The notes under the pieces are model-generated. The model was given only the letters and a program-made list of their open reading frames with translations. It searched no databases and had not been told where the DNA came from. Shown here piece after piece: positions 26,302 through 39,521 of a stretch of 64,000 nucleotides of DNA (the first letter of the stretch is position 1; every line of letters begins with the position of its first letter). The DNA is taken from contig OZ024742.1 in assembly GCA_964016885.1 (NCBI GenBank), positions 347,200,001 to 347,264,000 on the forward strand. The letters are read 5' to 3'. A program made the position numbers and the translations under genes. This DNA comes from Eledone cirrhosa. Lineage: Eukaryota.

Positions 26302-26421
26302 GTGTGAGTGTAACGTTTTTCGAAATATTTACTTCTGCGTTTACAGATTGACTTTTTTTAGTTTCAGAAGATCCCGTTAAGGGTGAAAGCAGCGATTCTT
26401 TGCTTAAACTTTAATCTGTTA

Positions 26422-26491
<70 letters not shown>

Positions 26492-27128
26492 TATATTCGT
26501 GTACAGATATTTTTGCATACACAATAACAAAATATAAACAAACGTATTTATTTCACGAGCTCGATAAGGATAAATATATATCAAATATATAAGAACCCTA
26601 GAGCAAATCCCGAGCAACGCCGGGCCATTCTGCTAGTCTAAACTATAATGAAGTAAGGGGTGCAGGACTGCGTTCAGAATCTTCTTTTTTTTATCCCGTT
26701 TGTAAAATAAGTTGGATTACTTTGAATAAATAATGAATGAATGTTACATAATTTATCTACTAAATTTCGTTATTCTTCATTAAATATAAATAATATTGTT
26801 GCTTATTTTAAGATTCACTTCTTTAAAATGTTCAACTGTCAACACTTCCGGTTAGCGATCGCTTAAATAAACATTCATATATTTCCGTCACTAATTTTCT
26901 CCTAATGCAGTTTATATATAACATCGTTTTTTTTTTTAATGTATCATGGATTACGTTACTGATTACATAAGAGAGTGAAACGCAGTCTTCGTTCAATTTC
27001 TATGTATATTGTCAATTACGATTTTATTTGATGTATCATATCTACATGCATATATACTTGTGTATAATATCAATATGCACACTACACATGCTAGCAGAAA
27101 GCCACCCGAAAGGTGGTTTTTCTGCTTA
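23509..27128 (+). mobile_element. Array of five non-autonomous Helitron-like units
   Basis: Starts TC-(t)atatata at 23509, 24256, 25331, 25945, 26637; hairpin plus CTAG ends at 24255, 25944, 26636; (CTGT)n near several 5' ends. Confidence 0.8.
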
Positions 27129-27749
27129 TTTGTAAGGTTCCTAGCAATAATTAATTCTATTTATTATATGTGTTTATATTTTCATTCTGTAAGAATTATA
27201 AACAATTTGTAATGTTATTTATACAATTGTGAATAATCGCTTGAATAATAATAAAAAAAATGTGTATGATTTAAAACAAAAAAGTTGAAAACAGTCAATA
27301 ATTTCTCTAAATTCCTCTTCATCTTATGGGGTCCACAGACATCAAACAACTTGTCTCCATTCTAATTTAATCCAAATTTCGTCAACAAAGACTAGAAGGT
27401 ATTCTTTTGCATACATAATCTTCACGATATCTGAGTCCCTAATTGGTACGAAATTACTGGCAAACATTGAATCTTTATGAAAAGTATAGATATGGGGTGG
27501 GGGCTAATTGTATTATATGAAATTGTGTAAATATTGAATGATGTTTATATTTGATATCGTTAAACTACTCCATAACGGAAATATTATTATTCTATAATGG
27601 GAGAGAAATGTTCTAAGTATGATTGAATCTTCGGTGACGTTGCTGGCTACACATAAATTGATTTTAGCAAAGTGAATTAATCTGCGTTTAGGTTACTAAA
27701 GATATTAACTTAATGATCTTTGAATGGGATGTAGGGCTTACGTACGGCT

Positions 27750-28152
27750 AAATAATTGTTTCTATTTTAGGCACAATGCCAGCAATTACCCAGTACATTA
27801 CTGGTACTTTATTTTATCGACCCCGTAAGGATAAAAGGCAAAGTTAACCTCGGCGGGATTTGAACTCAGATCATAAAGGGACGTAACTCTATGCTTTAAA
27901 GCATGGTGTCCGACTCTCTACCGATACTGCCAATCCACCAAATAATGGTTTATAATTTAAACAAGGCTAACAAATATGGGTGAGGGGGGGAAAGTCGATT
28001 AAATCGACCCCAGTGTATTACTGGTACTTTATTTTATCGACCCCGTAAGGATGAAAGGCAAAGCTAACCTCAGCGGGATTTGACCTCAGAATTAAAGGGA
28101 CATATCTCTATGCAGCAAAGCATCTCCGATGCTCTACCGATTCTGCCAACCC
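27750..28152 (-). mobile_element. Two tandem SINE A copies
   Basis: Motif match, twice. Confidence 0.8.
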
Positions 28153-28614
28153 GTCATTTCACGTTGATAAAGTCAACTCAACTGAAATTAATTACGCGAA
28201 GCAGCTGGAAGTTAACCCTGCCATGAACTGGCGTCCCATCCATGTACTTTCAGTTTTGCATTCCATTTATTTAGCATCAATGAAATCGGGCTAACAACAA
28301 CATATATTATAGTTGGGGTCGATGACACAAGAATGTTTATGGAAAATTTGGCAATGATTTTAAGTTTTTCCTTGAAGAATTTCTCCGAGGGTTATAAACC
28401 CCACTATCAGGCTAGAAATTTCTTTAGTCTAAAATACGGTGAAAGCTTATAATTTCTAATTTCAAACTCGCGCACCGTTTCAAAATCATACTTACATGTT
28501 TACGTTTATAATTTGCTTGTTTATCATTCACTTGCTAAGTTCATAGCTTCTAATTCGAATGGAAGGAGATGGGATGTGTATTGGTGTAATGGTAGCACAG
28601 TGGTCTGGGTAACC

Positions 28615-28651
<37 letters not shown>

Positions 28652-28814
28652 ATTAATATAGCTACCGACATATGTATACAGATGCATACCTATGCTGGCA
28701 AATATATATGTTTTGTCTTAGTAACTTTGTGGTTCTATGCAGGAAGATGCAGAACAATTATATGAAAGACGTAAATAAGAAAGTTATGAAAATTGACTTA
28801 CTTACTAAAATTTC

Positions 28815-28893
28815 ACTCCAACTAATTAGTTTCTGTAAGGGGATAAATATAGTTACGTAATAACTATAGAGAAGCCTTACGTCATCAGGGAGT
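28815..28893 (-). ncRNA. Type I hammerhead ribozyme (inverted copy)
   Basis: Reverse complement of 29497-29575. Confidence 0.85.
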
Positions 28894-29496
28894 CTATTCT
28901 CAGCTAAGCTTCCAGGCAATGCGGGGACACTGGGAACTTATATAAAAATAATTCAGTGGATGGAAAAAACGAGCGGGGCTAGATTCCGAGACATTGAAAA
29001 AATTCACTGCCTTCTTGGTCAAGTGGCAAATTCAAAAGAATCAATCACTGGAGTGAAATTTTAGTAAGTAAGTCAATTTTCATAACTTTCTTATTTACGT
29101 CTTTCATATAATTGTTCTGCATCTCCCTGCATAGAACCACAAAGTTACTAAGACAAAACATATATATTTGCCAGCATAGGTATGCATCTGTATACATATG
29201 TCGGTAGATATATTAATTCTTTATAATTATCTCCAAATTATTTGTTGAGCAAAATTTGCCGAAATTACTACTGTGACTGATAGTAGTGGCTAGGCTCTGT
29301 CTTAATAGCACCCCACTCCAAGCTGGTTAACCTCAGTGTCACGTGATTGATTCTTTTGAATTTCCACTTGACCAAGAAGGCAGTGAATTTTTCAATGTCT
29401 CGGAATCTAGCCCCGCTCGCTTTTTTCCATCCACTGAATTATTTTTATATAAGTTCCCAGTGTCCCCGCATTGCCTGGAAGCTTAGCTGAGAATAG

Positions 29497-29575
29497 ACTC
29501 CCTGATGACGTAAGGCTTCTCTATAGTTATTACGTAACTATATTTATCCCCTTACAGAAACTAATTAGTTGGAGT
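29497..29575 (+). ncRNA. Type I hammerhead ribozyme, intact core
   Basis: ACUCC-CUGAUGA-c-GUAAGG...CCUUAC-a-GAAA-CUAAUUAG-UU-GGAGU; cleavage predicted at 29570/29571. Confidence 0.88.
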
Positions 29576-29872
29576 GAAATTTTAGTAAGTAAGTCAATTT
29601 TCATAACTTTCTTATTTACGTCTTTCATATATATATATAGTTAGGGAAGCAGAAAATTAATTATTGTGATCCAGTTCGTGGTTAAGAAAGCCAGTTTGTA
29701 AGAATTCCGTTCAATCTTGGAGTATGAAGTATAAAAGAGAAAACACAGGTAAGCATTAAGAGAAGGATTTTATCCAGGTATTTACGACCGTTTCATTGGT
29801 AAGTGCAACCTTATATTGCTATACTGCAAATAGCAGCCACTCAATTATAATTGTTGTTCACGTCCAAATTTT

Positions 29873-29951
<79 letters not shown>

Positions 29952-29955
<4 letters not shown>

Positions 29956-32060
29956 GGAGCAGGCCTGTAGGCAGGAGGAGAGTAACATGGTGGTGGAACA
30001 GTAAGGTGGAGGAGTCAATTAAGGCCAAAAAGCAGGCTTGGAAAGTATGGCGGGATGGGGGAAGTAGAGTAGACTATCAAGTGGCCAGGAGGGAAGCTAG
30101 GAGAGAAGTGTACTTAGCAAGAAGGGAAGCTGAGGAAAGAAAGTTCAAGCATGTCCTACAACGCGATGACCAAAAACGTGAGGTGTTCAGGATTGCTAGG
30201 CAATGCGTCAAGGAAAACCGTGATATTGTCGGGGAGAAGTGTGTACTTAACGATGATGGCATACTTGCCATCACCGACACTGATAAGAAGGCAGCTTGGA
30301 AGTGTCACTATGAAAGGCTACTAAATGAGGAGAATAAATGGGAGAAAGACAGTCTCCCCCATGTCGACCCAATAGAGGGACCAGCAGTGTTAGTCGAGGG
30401 GAGTATAATAAGTAAGGCAATCAAGGATATGAAGACAGGTAAGGCGGCTGGGCCTTCGGAAATAGTTGCTGAGATGCTGAAGGCATCTGGCACGGTGGGA
30501 CACACCATGGTCACCCGCATAGTTAACCAAGTCGTACAGAATGGGGTTGTTCCGAAGGACTGGCATAGCAGCATCATCGTTAACTGTTATAAGGGTAAAG
30601 GAGACGCCCTAGATAGGAGTAACTATAGAGGCATTAAATTAATCGACCAGGTCATGAAGGTCACAGAAAAAGTAATAGCGCAACTAATCAGAGAGAGAAT
30701 TGACCTAGATGAAATGCAGTTCGGGTTTGTGTCAGGCAAAAGTACCACAGACGCTCTTTTCATAGTACGACAACTACAGGAGAAGTACCTAGCTAAAGGT
30801 AAACCCCTCTACTTAGCTTTTGTCGACTTGGAGAAAGCCTTCGACAGAGTCCCCCGCTCCATTATCTGGTGGGCTCTTAGAAAACTAGGCGTTGACGAAT
30901 GGCTTGTGAGGGCTATACAAGCCATGTATAAAGAAACAGTCAGCAAGGTTAGAATTAACAACGAATATAGTGAAGAGTTTAGCGTAAAAGTTGGCGTCCA
31001 TCAGGGCTCTGTTCTCAGCCCCCTACTATTTATTATTGCCCTTCAGGCTATAACAGAGGAGTTCAAGACAGGCTGCCCATGGGAACTCCTATACGCAGAC
31101 GACCTGACACTCATAGCGGAATCAATGGCCGAGCTAGAGAAGAAATTCCAAACATGGAAGCACGGCCTAGAGTCAAAAGGACTTAAAATTAACCTGGCTA
31201 AGACCAAAGTTCTAGTTTGTAGGAAAGAAAACAAGGCGGCGGTCCCTTCTGGGAAATGGTCGTGCTCGGTGTGTAGGAAAGGCGTAGGTAGAAACTCCAT
31301 TTTGTGTCCTAAATGCAAAGTATGGGTGCATAAAAGATGTAGTGGGATCACAGGTAAGCTAACTAAGAACATAGATTTTACATGTGGCCGGTGTTCTGGT
31401 GCAATAAGTAGCAGCAAGTGCCCACACAATACTAGCTCTTTCAATTGCGCAGAGGGTTCTATAGAAATAGTGGACAGCTTCCGTTACCTGGGCGATAAAA
31501 TCAGCAGTGGGGGAGGGTGCTCTGAAAGTACTGTAGCTAGAGTCAGAACTGGTTGGAAAAAGTTCAGAGAGCTTATACCACTATTAGCTGCTAAAGGGTT
31601 CTCCCTAAAAATGAAAGGCAGGTTGTACGATGCCTGCATACGAACAGCAATGTTGCATGGCAGTGAGACCTGGGCATTGTGTGCAGAGGATATACGCAGA
31701 CTAGAGAGGAACGAAGCTTGCATGCTCCGCTGGATGTGTAACAGTAATATACGTGAACGGCAAAGCATAAACGAACTAAGGAAAAAATTAGAGATAAGAG
31801 GGATCAGATGTTGTTTACTCGAGAGAAGGCTACGTTGGTATGGACACGTGATGCGCATGAAAGTCGATAGCTGTATAACAAAGTGCAGGGCAATAAAGAT
31901 AGACGGTAGCCACGGAATAGGCAGACCTAGAAAAACCTGGGACGAGCTGATAAACTCCGACCTCACACACTTACACCTCTCCAAGACAATGTCACTGGAC
32001 CGAGACCTTTGGCGGTACTCAGTAACAGAGAAGACCCGCCTTGCCAGTAGGCATCTCTAA
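29952..32060 (+). CDS. RTE reverse transcriptase (partial; no endonuclease or true start) with embedded C4HC3 PHD-type finger
   Basis: [46 protein letters not shown]; the listed start at 29796 is read-through from (TA)n. Confidence 0.93.
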
Positions 32061-32413
32061 CAAAATACACCCCGTCCCACCACCACCACCCCCACCCCAT
32101 CCACACCACCCCGTCCTATGTAAAGTTATGTTGGTGCCGCGCCATCCGGGCCGAAACAAATGAGATCGTGTAGGTGTCACGACAAAAAAACACACAGTCC
32201 ACGCTGTAATGTGGCCGTGTAGGCAACACGGTAAAAACCTCCCAGACCCACACTGTAAATGTGGTTGGTGTTAGGAAGGGCATCCAACTGTAGAAAACCT
32301 GCCAGACAGTCCTATGCGAGCAAGACAATCACTCTTGCCTCAAGTGGGACTACCCCCGTCCAAACCCATGCAAGCGTGGAACACGGACGTTAAACGTTGA
32401 TGATGATGATGAT
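29952..32413 (+). mobile_element. 5'-truncated young RTE LINE inserted in (TA)n
   Basis: Open RT ORF, 3' UTR taggaagggcatccaactgtagaaa and (TGA)n tail. Confidence 0.97.
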
Positions 32414-32583
32414 GATATGATATACATATATAATATATATAGATAGATAGATAGATATGATATACATACATAATATATATATATATATATATGATATACA
32501 TATATAATATATATATATATGATATACATATATAATATATATATATATGATATACATATATAATATATATATATATGATATAC

Positions 32584-32614
<31 letters not shown>

Positions 32615-32696
32615 GATATACATATACAATATATATATAGAGATAGATAGATATATATGATATACATATATCATATATACACCACATGTATGTAGA

Positions 32697-32870
32697 TAAT
32701 TGTTTCTACTTTTGGCACAAGGCCAGCAATTACCCAGTGCATTACTGGTACTTTATTTTATCGACCCCGTAAGGATGAAAGGCAAAATTAACCGCGGCGG
32801 GATTTGAACTCAGAATGGCAAGGGCCGTAACTCTATGCGCCAAAGCATGGCGTCCCACCCTCTACCGATA
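32697..32870 (-). mobile_element. SINE A copy
   Basis: Motif match. Confidence 0.8.
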
Positions 32871-32977
32871 CAATGCTGGTAGGTTTGTTTTGTTATTTTG
32901 ACAGTTTGATTTGAGGTTTTGGTAACAGTTTATGTCTTGCTTCTCTCTCTAAATTACAGAGTATCTTTATAGAGGGA

Positions 32978-33962
32978 CTAGCAGTAAAGCCCGGCGTTGC
33001 TCGGGGTCGCTCAGTAGCTGTGTTAAAGTTACAATGTTAAGTTTCTTTCTTGGCTTAAAAACTGTAGTGTCTACTGTGCAGACTTGCATGTGGTGTTTTT
33101 GATTAATATTCCCTCAACCAACAATATGCCTTATGAAGTTAAGAAAACATAACGATAACCCGAATGTTATAACAAAAGAGGATGCTGGGGATAGAAACTG
33201 CACTGGTTATTTATTAACAAAGATCGAAAATGTAAACACTGCAACGCAGATAAAAACATTAGCGTAACCAAATTATCAGTTATGTCTGTCCACACGCCTA
33301 TATCACCTCTCTGCACGACTGTCTGTCTGCACGCCTATATCACCTCTCTGCACGACTGTCTCTCTGCACGCCTATATCACCTCTCTGCACGACTGTCTGT
33401 CTGCACGCCTATATCACCTCTCTGCACGACTGTCTGTCTGCACGCGTATATCACCTCTCTGCACGACTGTCTGTCTGCACGACTGTCTGTCTGCACGCCT
33501 AACGACGAAATATTTGCTTGTTTTACGTAGTCTTTAAATAGACTTGTTTTCAAGTAAAAATATTGTTTTAAAATGCTTTTAAATGGAAATGAAGCAAAAC
33601 GGAAGGTTAGTGTTCGAACTGATGAATTTTGCAGGTCAATATTTTGCTGGCTCGACAACTGTTCGTGTATTGTGTTAATGTCATTTTAAACGCTGAGAAA
33701 GCCAGCGTAATTTTTTACGTAAGACGCTCAATGTAAACAGAACAAAGGGAAATAACTGATAACTTACGCTCAAAAATCGATACATTATATTCGATTTCGT
33801 CACATAGGGTGGGTCAATTTGAAATATTTTTTTTCCGATGTCTTCGCTAGGGCTCAATGTACAAGTATAGCAATTTCGGTGCAATTCCGTCAGAGATTCT
33901 AAGAGGAGATGTGTGCCAAAAATCGATAGACAGACAGACAACCACAGTTTTATATATATAGA
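32978..33962 (-). mobile_element. Non-autonomous Helitron with internal 37-bp minisatellite (33290-33500)
   Basis: Minus strand A|TCTATATATATAAAA...CCCGAGCAACGCCGGG hairpin...CTAG|T; canonical AT target. Confidence 0.85.
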
Positions 33963-35332
33963 TGGTAGGTGGTGGTGGAATCTCTTTAGAAGTATGGATG
34001 GATGAGAGGTAGTAATGGTGGTGGTGGGGTGCTTGTGGTGATGGTGATGAGTGGTGGTGATCTGGTGACGGTGGTGGTGGTGCTGGTGGAGTAGTGGTAG
34101 TGGGGGGGGGGGACTATCTTTAGAAGCATGGATGAATGAGAGGTAGTGATGGTGGTGGAGGGGTGCTTGTGGTGATGGTGGTGGTGATGATGAGTGGTGG
34201 TTGTGGATGGTGGTGATCTGGTGACGGTGGTGGTGATCTGGTGGTGATGGTGGTGATGAGTGGTGGTTGTGGTGATCTGGTGGCGGTGGTGGTGGTGGAG
34301 TATCTTTAGATGTATGGATGGCAGGATGGGAAGAAGTGGTGGTGGAGGGTGTAGTCGTACTCATTGTGGTAGAAGATGGGGGAGTGGGGTAAAGGAAAGA
34401 AAGGATACAAAAAAAGAAACATCAGAGGGAGGGGGGTATATATCAAGAAAGATGAGGAAAAGAGAGGTGGGGCGTGAGGGTGGAATAAAACACTCCTAAT
34501 GGAACTATATATATATTCAATTTGTCAAGCTATCTAAACGTAATGTTATTACTCTGAGGACCTACCCTTATTGAGTGCTTTGCTACTCATTCCTAATTGT
34601 AGGTCGATTTTGTTTGGCCGTAGCCAAAGCTTCGATTTTACTAAGCTTCCACTTGTATATATCTATATATATATAAAGTTGTACTCCTGTCTGTTTGTTT
34701 GTTTGTTCACGAACTCATCCTATGGTTTTGGAGATAGACCCCCATAACTATATATATTCTGAAACTACATTGCCCAGGGTACTTGGATAAGTATATTTCA
34801 TTTTAATCAAAGGGTTCCCCGGAGGCAGAAACCCCGCTGAAAATGTTTTCCCTTCGATTTATATGAAATTTAAACCATAGGTAAATGACAAAAGTTTGAA
34901 TTGATATTTTGAAAAAAATTATTTACAAAAAGAAAATAAGAATAAGATAATAATGTAATTTTGATTTGATATATTACAAAATATGTTTTCCAATTTTTCA
35001 TGCATTACATTTTACATTGAGTAATATTGAAATGTAGAGTTTTTCTCCATAAATGATATCACTGATTTAAAATCAATCATCATTTTCTTATTCCACATAT
35101 ATATATATATTCATTCATGTTTTATTCTAATCAAATTAATATGTATACCTATGTATTAGAAAAAAAAACGAGGAAGTTTCATTTACATGTATAAGCATTT
35201 TATTGTGTATCCTCGCATTTCGCTGAGGATTGTCTCAGGGTCAGCCATAGGAGTTATGGACCCGACTCCATTATCGATCTGCTCTTCAGACTGGTGATGC
35301 GACAAAAAATTTGGTGTGTGTGTATATACATA

Positions 35333-37979
35333 TCATCATCATCATCGATTAACGTCTATGTTCCACGCTTGCATGGGCTACGCGGGTCCCATTTAGAGGC
35401 AAGTTGGGTCGGGTGACCATGTCTCGCTCATATAGGGGTGTTTCTGGCTGGTTTTCTACGGCTGGATGCCCTTCCTAACGCCAACCACATTGACAGTGTG
35501 TGGTGGGTGCTTTTTGCCGTGTCTTTTACACGTCTACTTTACAGTGTGGGCTGGGGGCGGGGCATACTGTACATATGCTTCAGCTTGTGCTTGTGAGAAG
35601 TCTGGTCTTCTGTATTACTCATATCGCCAGAAATACCAGTCATGTGTCATCGCCTTTGAGAGGTGCAATTGGACAAGGTCGGCTTTTATCGCCTCATCTC
35701 AAGTCTTCCTGGGTCTCCCCATTCCAAGGCTTCCAACGACTTTGAGCGCTCTGCACCTTTTTATGCAGCTGTCATCCTTCATATGCATCAAATGTCCATA
35801 CCAATGTAATCACCTCTCCTGCACACAGCATTTTATTCCTCTTACGCCTAGTTTCTCTCTCAGTTCATTTATGCTTCACTGTTCTCGTATATTACTATTA
35901 CACATCCATCAGAGCATGCAAGCTTCATTTCTTTCCAATTTATGCAAGTCTTCTGCACACAGCGCCCAGGTCTCACCACCATGCAACATTGCTGTCCATA
36001 TGCACGCATCATACAGTCTGCCTTTCAATCTGAGGGAAGAGCCTTTTAAAGCCAGCAGTGGTAGTAGCTCCCTGAACTTCTTCCATCCCGTTCTTACCCT
36101 GGTTACTGTACTTTCAGAACACCCACTTCTGCTGCTAATTCGGTCACCTAAGTAGCAGAAGCTGTCTACTGTTTCTACAGAGCCCTCCCAGAATTTGGTA
36201 GTGCTTGTTTCCTGCAGTCATTTGCTGCTTACTGTCCGGGAGCAACTACTACGTGTAAAGCCCACATTCTTAGCTAAACTGCCTGAGATCCCACTACATC
36301 TTTTATGTACCCACATTTTCCATATGGGGCAGAGGATGGAATTTATATCAACGCCTTTCCTACATACTGAGCAAGGCCATCTCCCTGAGGAGATATGGGT
36401 TCTGTTTTCTCTTCTACTTACTAGGAACTTAGTCTTTGTCAGGTTGACTTTAAGACCCCTTCTTTCTAGGCCCTGCTTCCATGTTTGGAATTTCTTCTCT
36501 AGTTCCACCATGGATTCAGCTATGAGCGTAAAATCATCTGCGTACAGAAGTTCCCATGGGCATCCGGTCGTAAACTCCTCTGTTATAGCCTGCAAAACGA
36601 TAATAAACAGGAGAGGGCTAAGAACAGAGCCCTGGTGGACGCCAACTTGTATGCTAAATTCCTCGCTATAGTCATTGTTAATCCTGACTTTGCTGACTGC
36701 GCCTCTATACATGGCTTGTACAGCCTTCACAAGCCACTCATCTACTCCTAGTTTTCTAAGAGCTCACCAGATTATGTCACGGAGCACTCTATCGAAAGCT
36801 TTCTCCAGATCAACAGATGCTAGGTAGAGAGGCTTACTTTTAGCTAGGTACTTTTCCTGTAACTGTCTCACAATGAAGAGGACATCAGTGGTGCTTTTGC
36901 CTGATACAAATCCAAACTGCATCTCATCTAGTTTCACCCGGTCCCTAATCAACTGTGCTGTAACTCACTCTTTCCATTACTTTCATTACCTGGTCCATCA
37001 GTTTTATACCTCTATAGTTTCCTCTGTCTAGTGCATCTCCTTTACCCTTGTAGCAATTGACAATCCTTTGGTATGACACCCTTTAGTATTACTTGGTTTA
37101 CAATACGTGTGGTTATGGTGTGTCCTACAGACATAGATGCTTTCAGCATCTCAGCAACTATTCCTGATGGACCGGCTGCTTTCCCAGCTTTCATATCCTT
37201 AATTGCCTTACTAACTACACTGCTACTGACTGGGCCCTCAATGGGGTCTGCTTGTGGTAGGGTCTCTTTCTTCCATACATTCTCTTCATTCAGTAATTTT
37301 TCATAATGGCTCTTCCAGGCTTCTTTCTTCTCGGGACTTGTGAAGGCAAGCTCACCTTTATCATTCCGGACACACTTCTCACCGATGACATCGCAATTTT
37401 CACTGACACACTGCCTCGTAATCCTGAACACCTCCTGTTTCTGGTCCCCATGCTGCAAAACAAGCTTCCAGCTAAGTATACTTGTCATCTAGATTCCCTC
37501 CTGGTCTCTATGTAGTGTACCTTGCTCCCCTTATTCTTCCATTGTTTCCATGCCTGTCTCTTGGCCTTAATTGCTTCATCTACCTTATTGTTCCCCCACC
37601 ATGTCACCCTCTTTCTCCCTGTAATCTTGCTCCATCCACAGATCTCGTTTGTCACCTTTAGTAGGTTATTTTTTAGAAACTCCCCGACTCTTCTATATTG
37701 AATGTTTCTATCTGTCCTTCTTTACTGTCATAGGAGTCAAGTAAAATATCTCTAAATCTGTTAATGGCTGGGGGATATTTCAGCTTCCAGATCTTTCTTC
37801 TCCAGGTTGCATTCTGTTTCCAAGTCCGTCTAGCTCTGACAGTGAGGTCGCTGACTACTAGGCTGTTTTGGGAGGTACATTCTTCGCCCGGGAAGGCTTT
37901 AGTGTTTACATCCATCTCGTCCTCTGGTAAGGATAAATTCTATCTAGTAAGCTCCCCGGATCTATAGGTGATCAGGTGT
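35333..37979 (-). mobile_element. RTE LINE, degenerate and 5'-truncated
   Basis: RT fragments ([26 protein letters not shown]) and (CAT)n tail. Confidence 0.93.
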
Positions 37980-38117
37980 ATATATATATATATCTATCTC
38001 TCTCTATATATATACACCTCATATATATACACCTATATATATATACACGCGCTTCATTACAACCAGGCCCTCAAGCGGAGTGGCTTACGGGAGGAAATAT
38101 CCTTTTAGCCAGCTTCC

Positions 38118-38840
38118 CTTAGCAGAACCAGCAGGCGACACCGCCGCTCACGCAACGTAACATGGTTCAATCCTCCCCATAATGCCGAGGTGGCAACACC
38201 TATCGGGAAAATCTTCTTTAGACTCCTCGAAAAACACTTCCCATTACAACACCGCTACCACAACATAATCAACAAAAACACCATCAAACTCTCCTACACC
38301 ACCACACCTAACTTCGCACAAAACATCGTCTCCTCAAACAACAAAAAACTCCACCCCTATGGAAGAAATAACCTAGACATCAGTGGAGAGCCGACCAGGT
38401 GTAACTGCCCTGATATATCTACGTGCCCCCTCAACAACAAATGCCGAGAAGGTAACGTGATCTACCAGTGCAACGTGAGGACGGACACCTCCAACAAAGC
38501 TTATATAGGATTAACCGCGTGTGACTTCAAGAACCGGCTCTACCAACACCGACATACTTTCCGAAACCCGGTCCGGCGACATGCCACTACACTTTCGGGC
38601 CATATCTGGGACCTCCAAGATAATAACATAACCTACAATCTCACTTGGAGCTTACTGTCCAGAGCTAACTCTTACACAGGAGGACGCCGTCCGTGTAACT
38701 TATGCTCGGAGGAAACATTACAAATGGTGTTTTCGAAGGACCAACTCCTAAACAAGAAAGACGAACTGGTAACCGCATGCAAACACAGATTGCGTAGGAC
38801 TTACCTCACCCTTAAACCCCATAACGACCCGGATGGGTAG
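38118..38840 (+). CDS. PLE GIY-YIG endonuclease fragment
   Basis: WFNPP..IGKIF..KHFP..NTIKLSY..CNC..CPL..C..VIY..YIGLT..FKNR..H..CNLC.EE..LN...CKH, the motif order known for Naiad-clade PLEs. Confidence 0.88.
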   Translation, partial: LSRTSRRHRRSRNVTWFNPPHNAEVATPIGKIFFRLLEKHFPLQHRYHNIINKNTIKLSYTTTPNFAQNIVSSNNKKLHPYGRNNLDISGEPTRCNCPDISTCPLNNKCREGNVIYQCNVRTDTSNKAYIGLTACDFKNRLYQHRHTFRNPVRRHATTLSGHIWDLQDNNITYNLTWSLLSRANSYTGGRRPCNLCSEETLQMVFSKDQLLNKKDELVTACKHRLRRTYLTLKPHNDPDG

Positions 38841-39521
38841 ACAAGGGCTGATACCCCCTCACCTCACCCACTTGCCGAATAAGTTTGGGGAAACCCCAGC
38901 TTACATAGGTAGATGTATCTCTTTTCTATTCCCCTTTGTCTTCTTCTTCCCCCTGTCTCATTCTATCACTTCCTTCCACCCCTTATTTTCTTCTTCGTCT
39001 GCTTTTCCCATTTCGCCTACCCCGACGCAGCCCATCGGGCCTCTGTAGCATCAGTTCCCTCACCCCTGTAATTTTAAGATAGAATTGGCCGAATACGTTT
39101 TACTAACTACTTATAGCAGATGTGTTAAACCCCTTTAATTTGTATCAGTTTTGTAATTTCTACAAGTTTTTTTCTATTCTCAACTTATTAACCTGTAGTT
39201 GTAAGATAGCATTGTGATTTTTTTTATTCATTTCTCACTTTCTAATTTTATATATTTTTATTTCTTTCTAGTATCTTTTATTGTCTCCTACCCTAATTCT
39301 ATTTACCTATTCTATAACCTCCCTCCTTCACTTCATACACTATCCTTAGAATCTGCTGTATACATATCACTTTCAACGCTTGACCGCTCCACTCACTCCC
39401 CTATTGTTCTACAGGCAAGTTCAGCCACCCCTACCTTCTACCAAATGCCATGATAGACTTATTTGTGTTTACAACAAATTTTAACCAATCGTCTTGACAA
39501 CTACAATCTTCCCATATAAGG

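Larger units (their letters stand above)
28649..29630. mobile_element. Non-coding HHR-delimited retroelement (retrozyme or Penelope pLTR-like): inverted 400-bp copy, 521-bp unit and 60-bp partial tandem
   Basis: 28649-29048 is the reverse complement of 29343-29570 joined to 29050-29220; 29571-29630 repeats the start of the unit; flanked by (TA)n/(GA)n. Confidence 0.85.

Noticed and set aside
26955-26990. CUGAUUA...GAAACGCAGUC as a hammerhead (also near 11090)
   Set aside because: Core and stems too degenerate
35200-35295. Minus-strand CUGAAGA-GC...GC-GAAA
   Set aside because: No stem III, cleavage triplet or stem I partner; at most a truncated relic
38045-38840. Selenocysteine recoding in the Naiad-type ORF
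   Set aside because: Conserved Cys codons are TGT/TGC and the only interruption is a TAG
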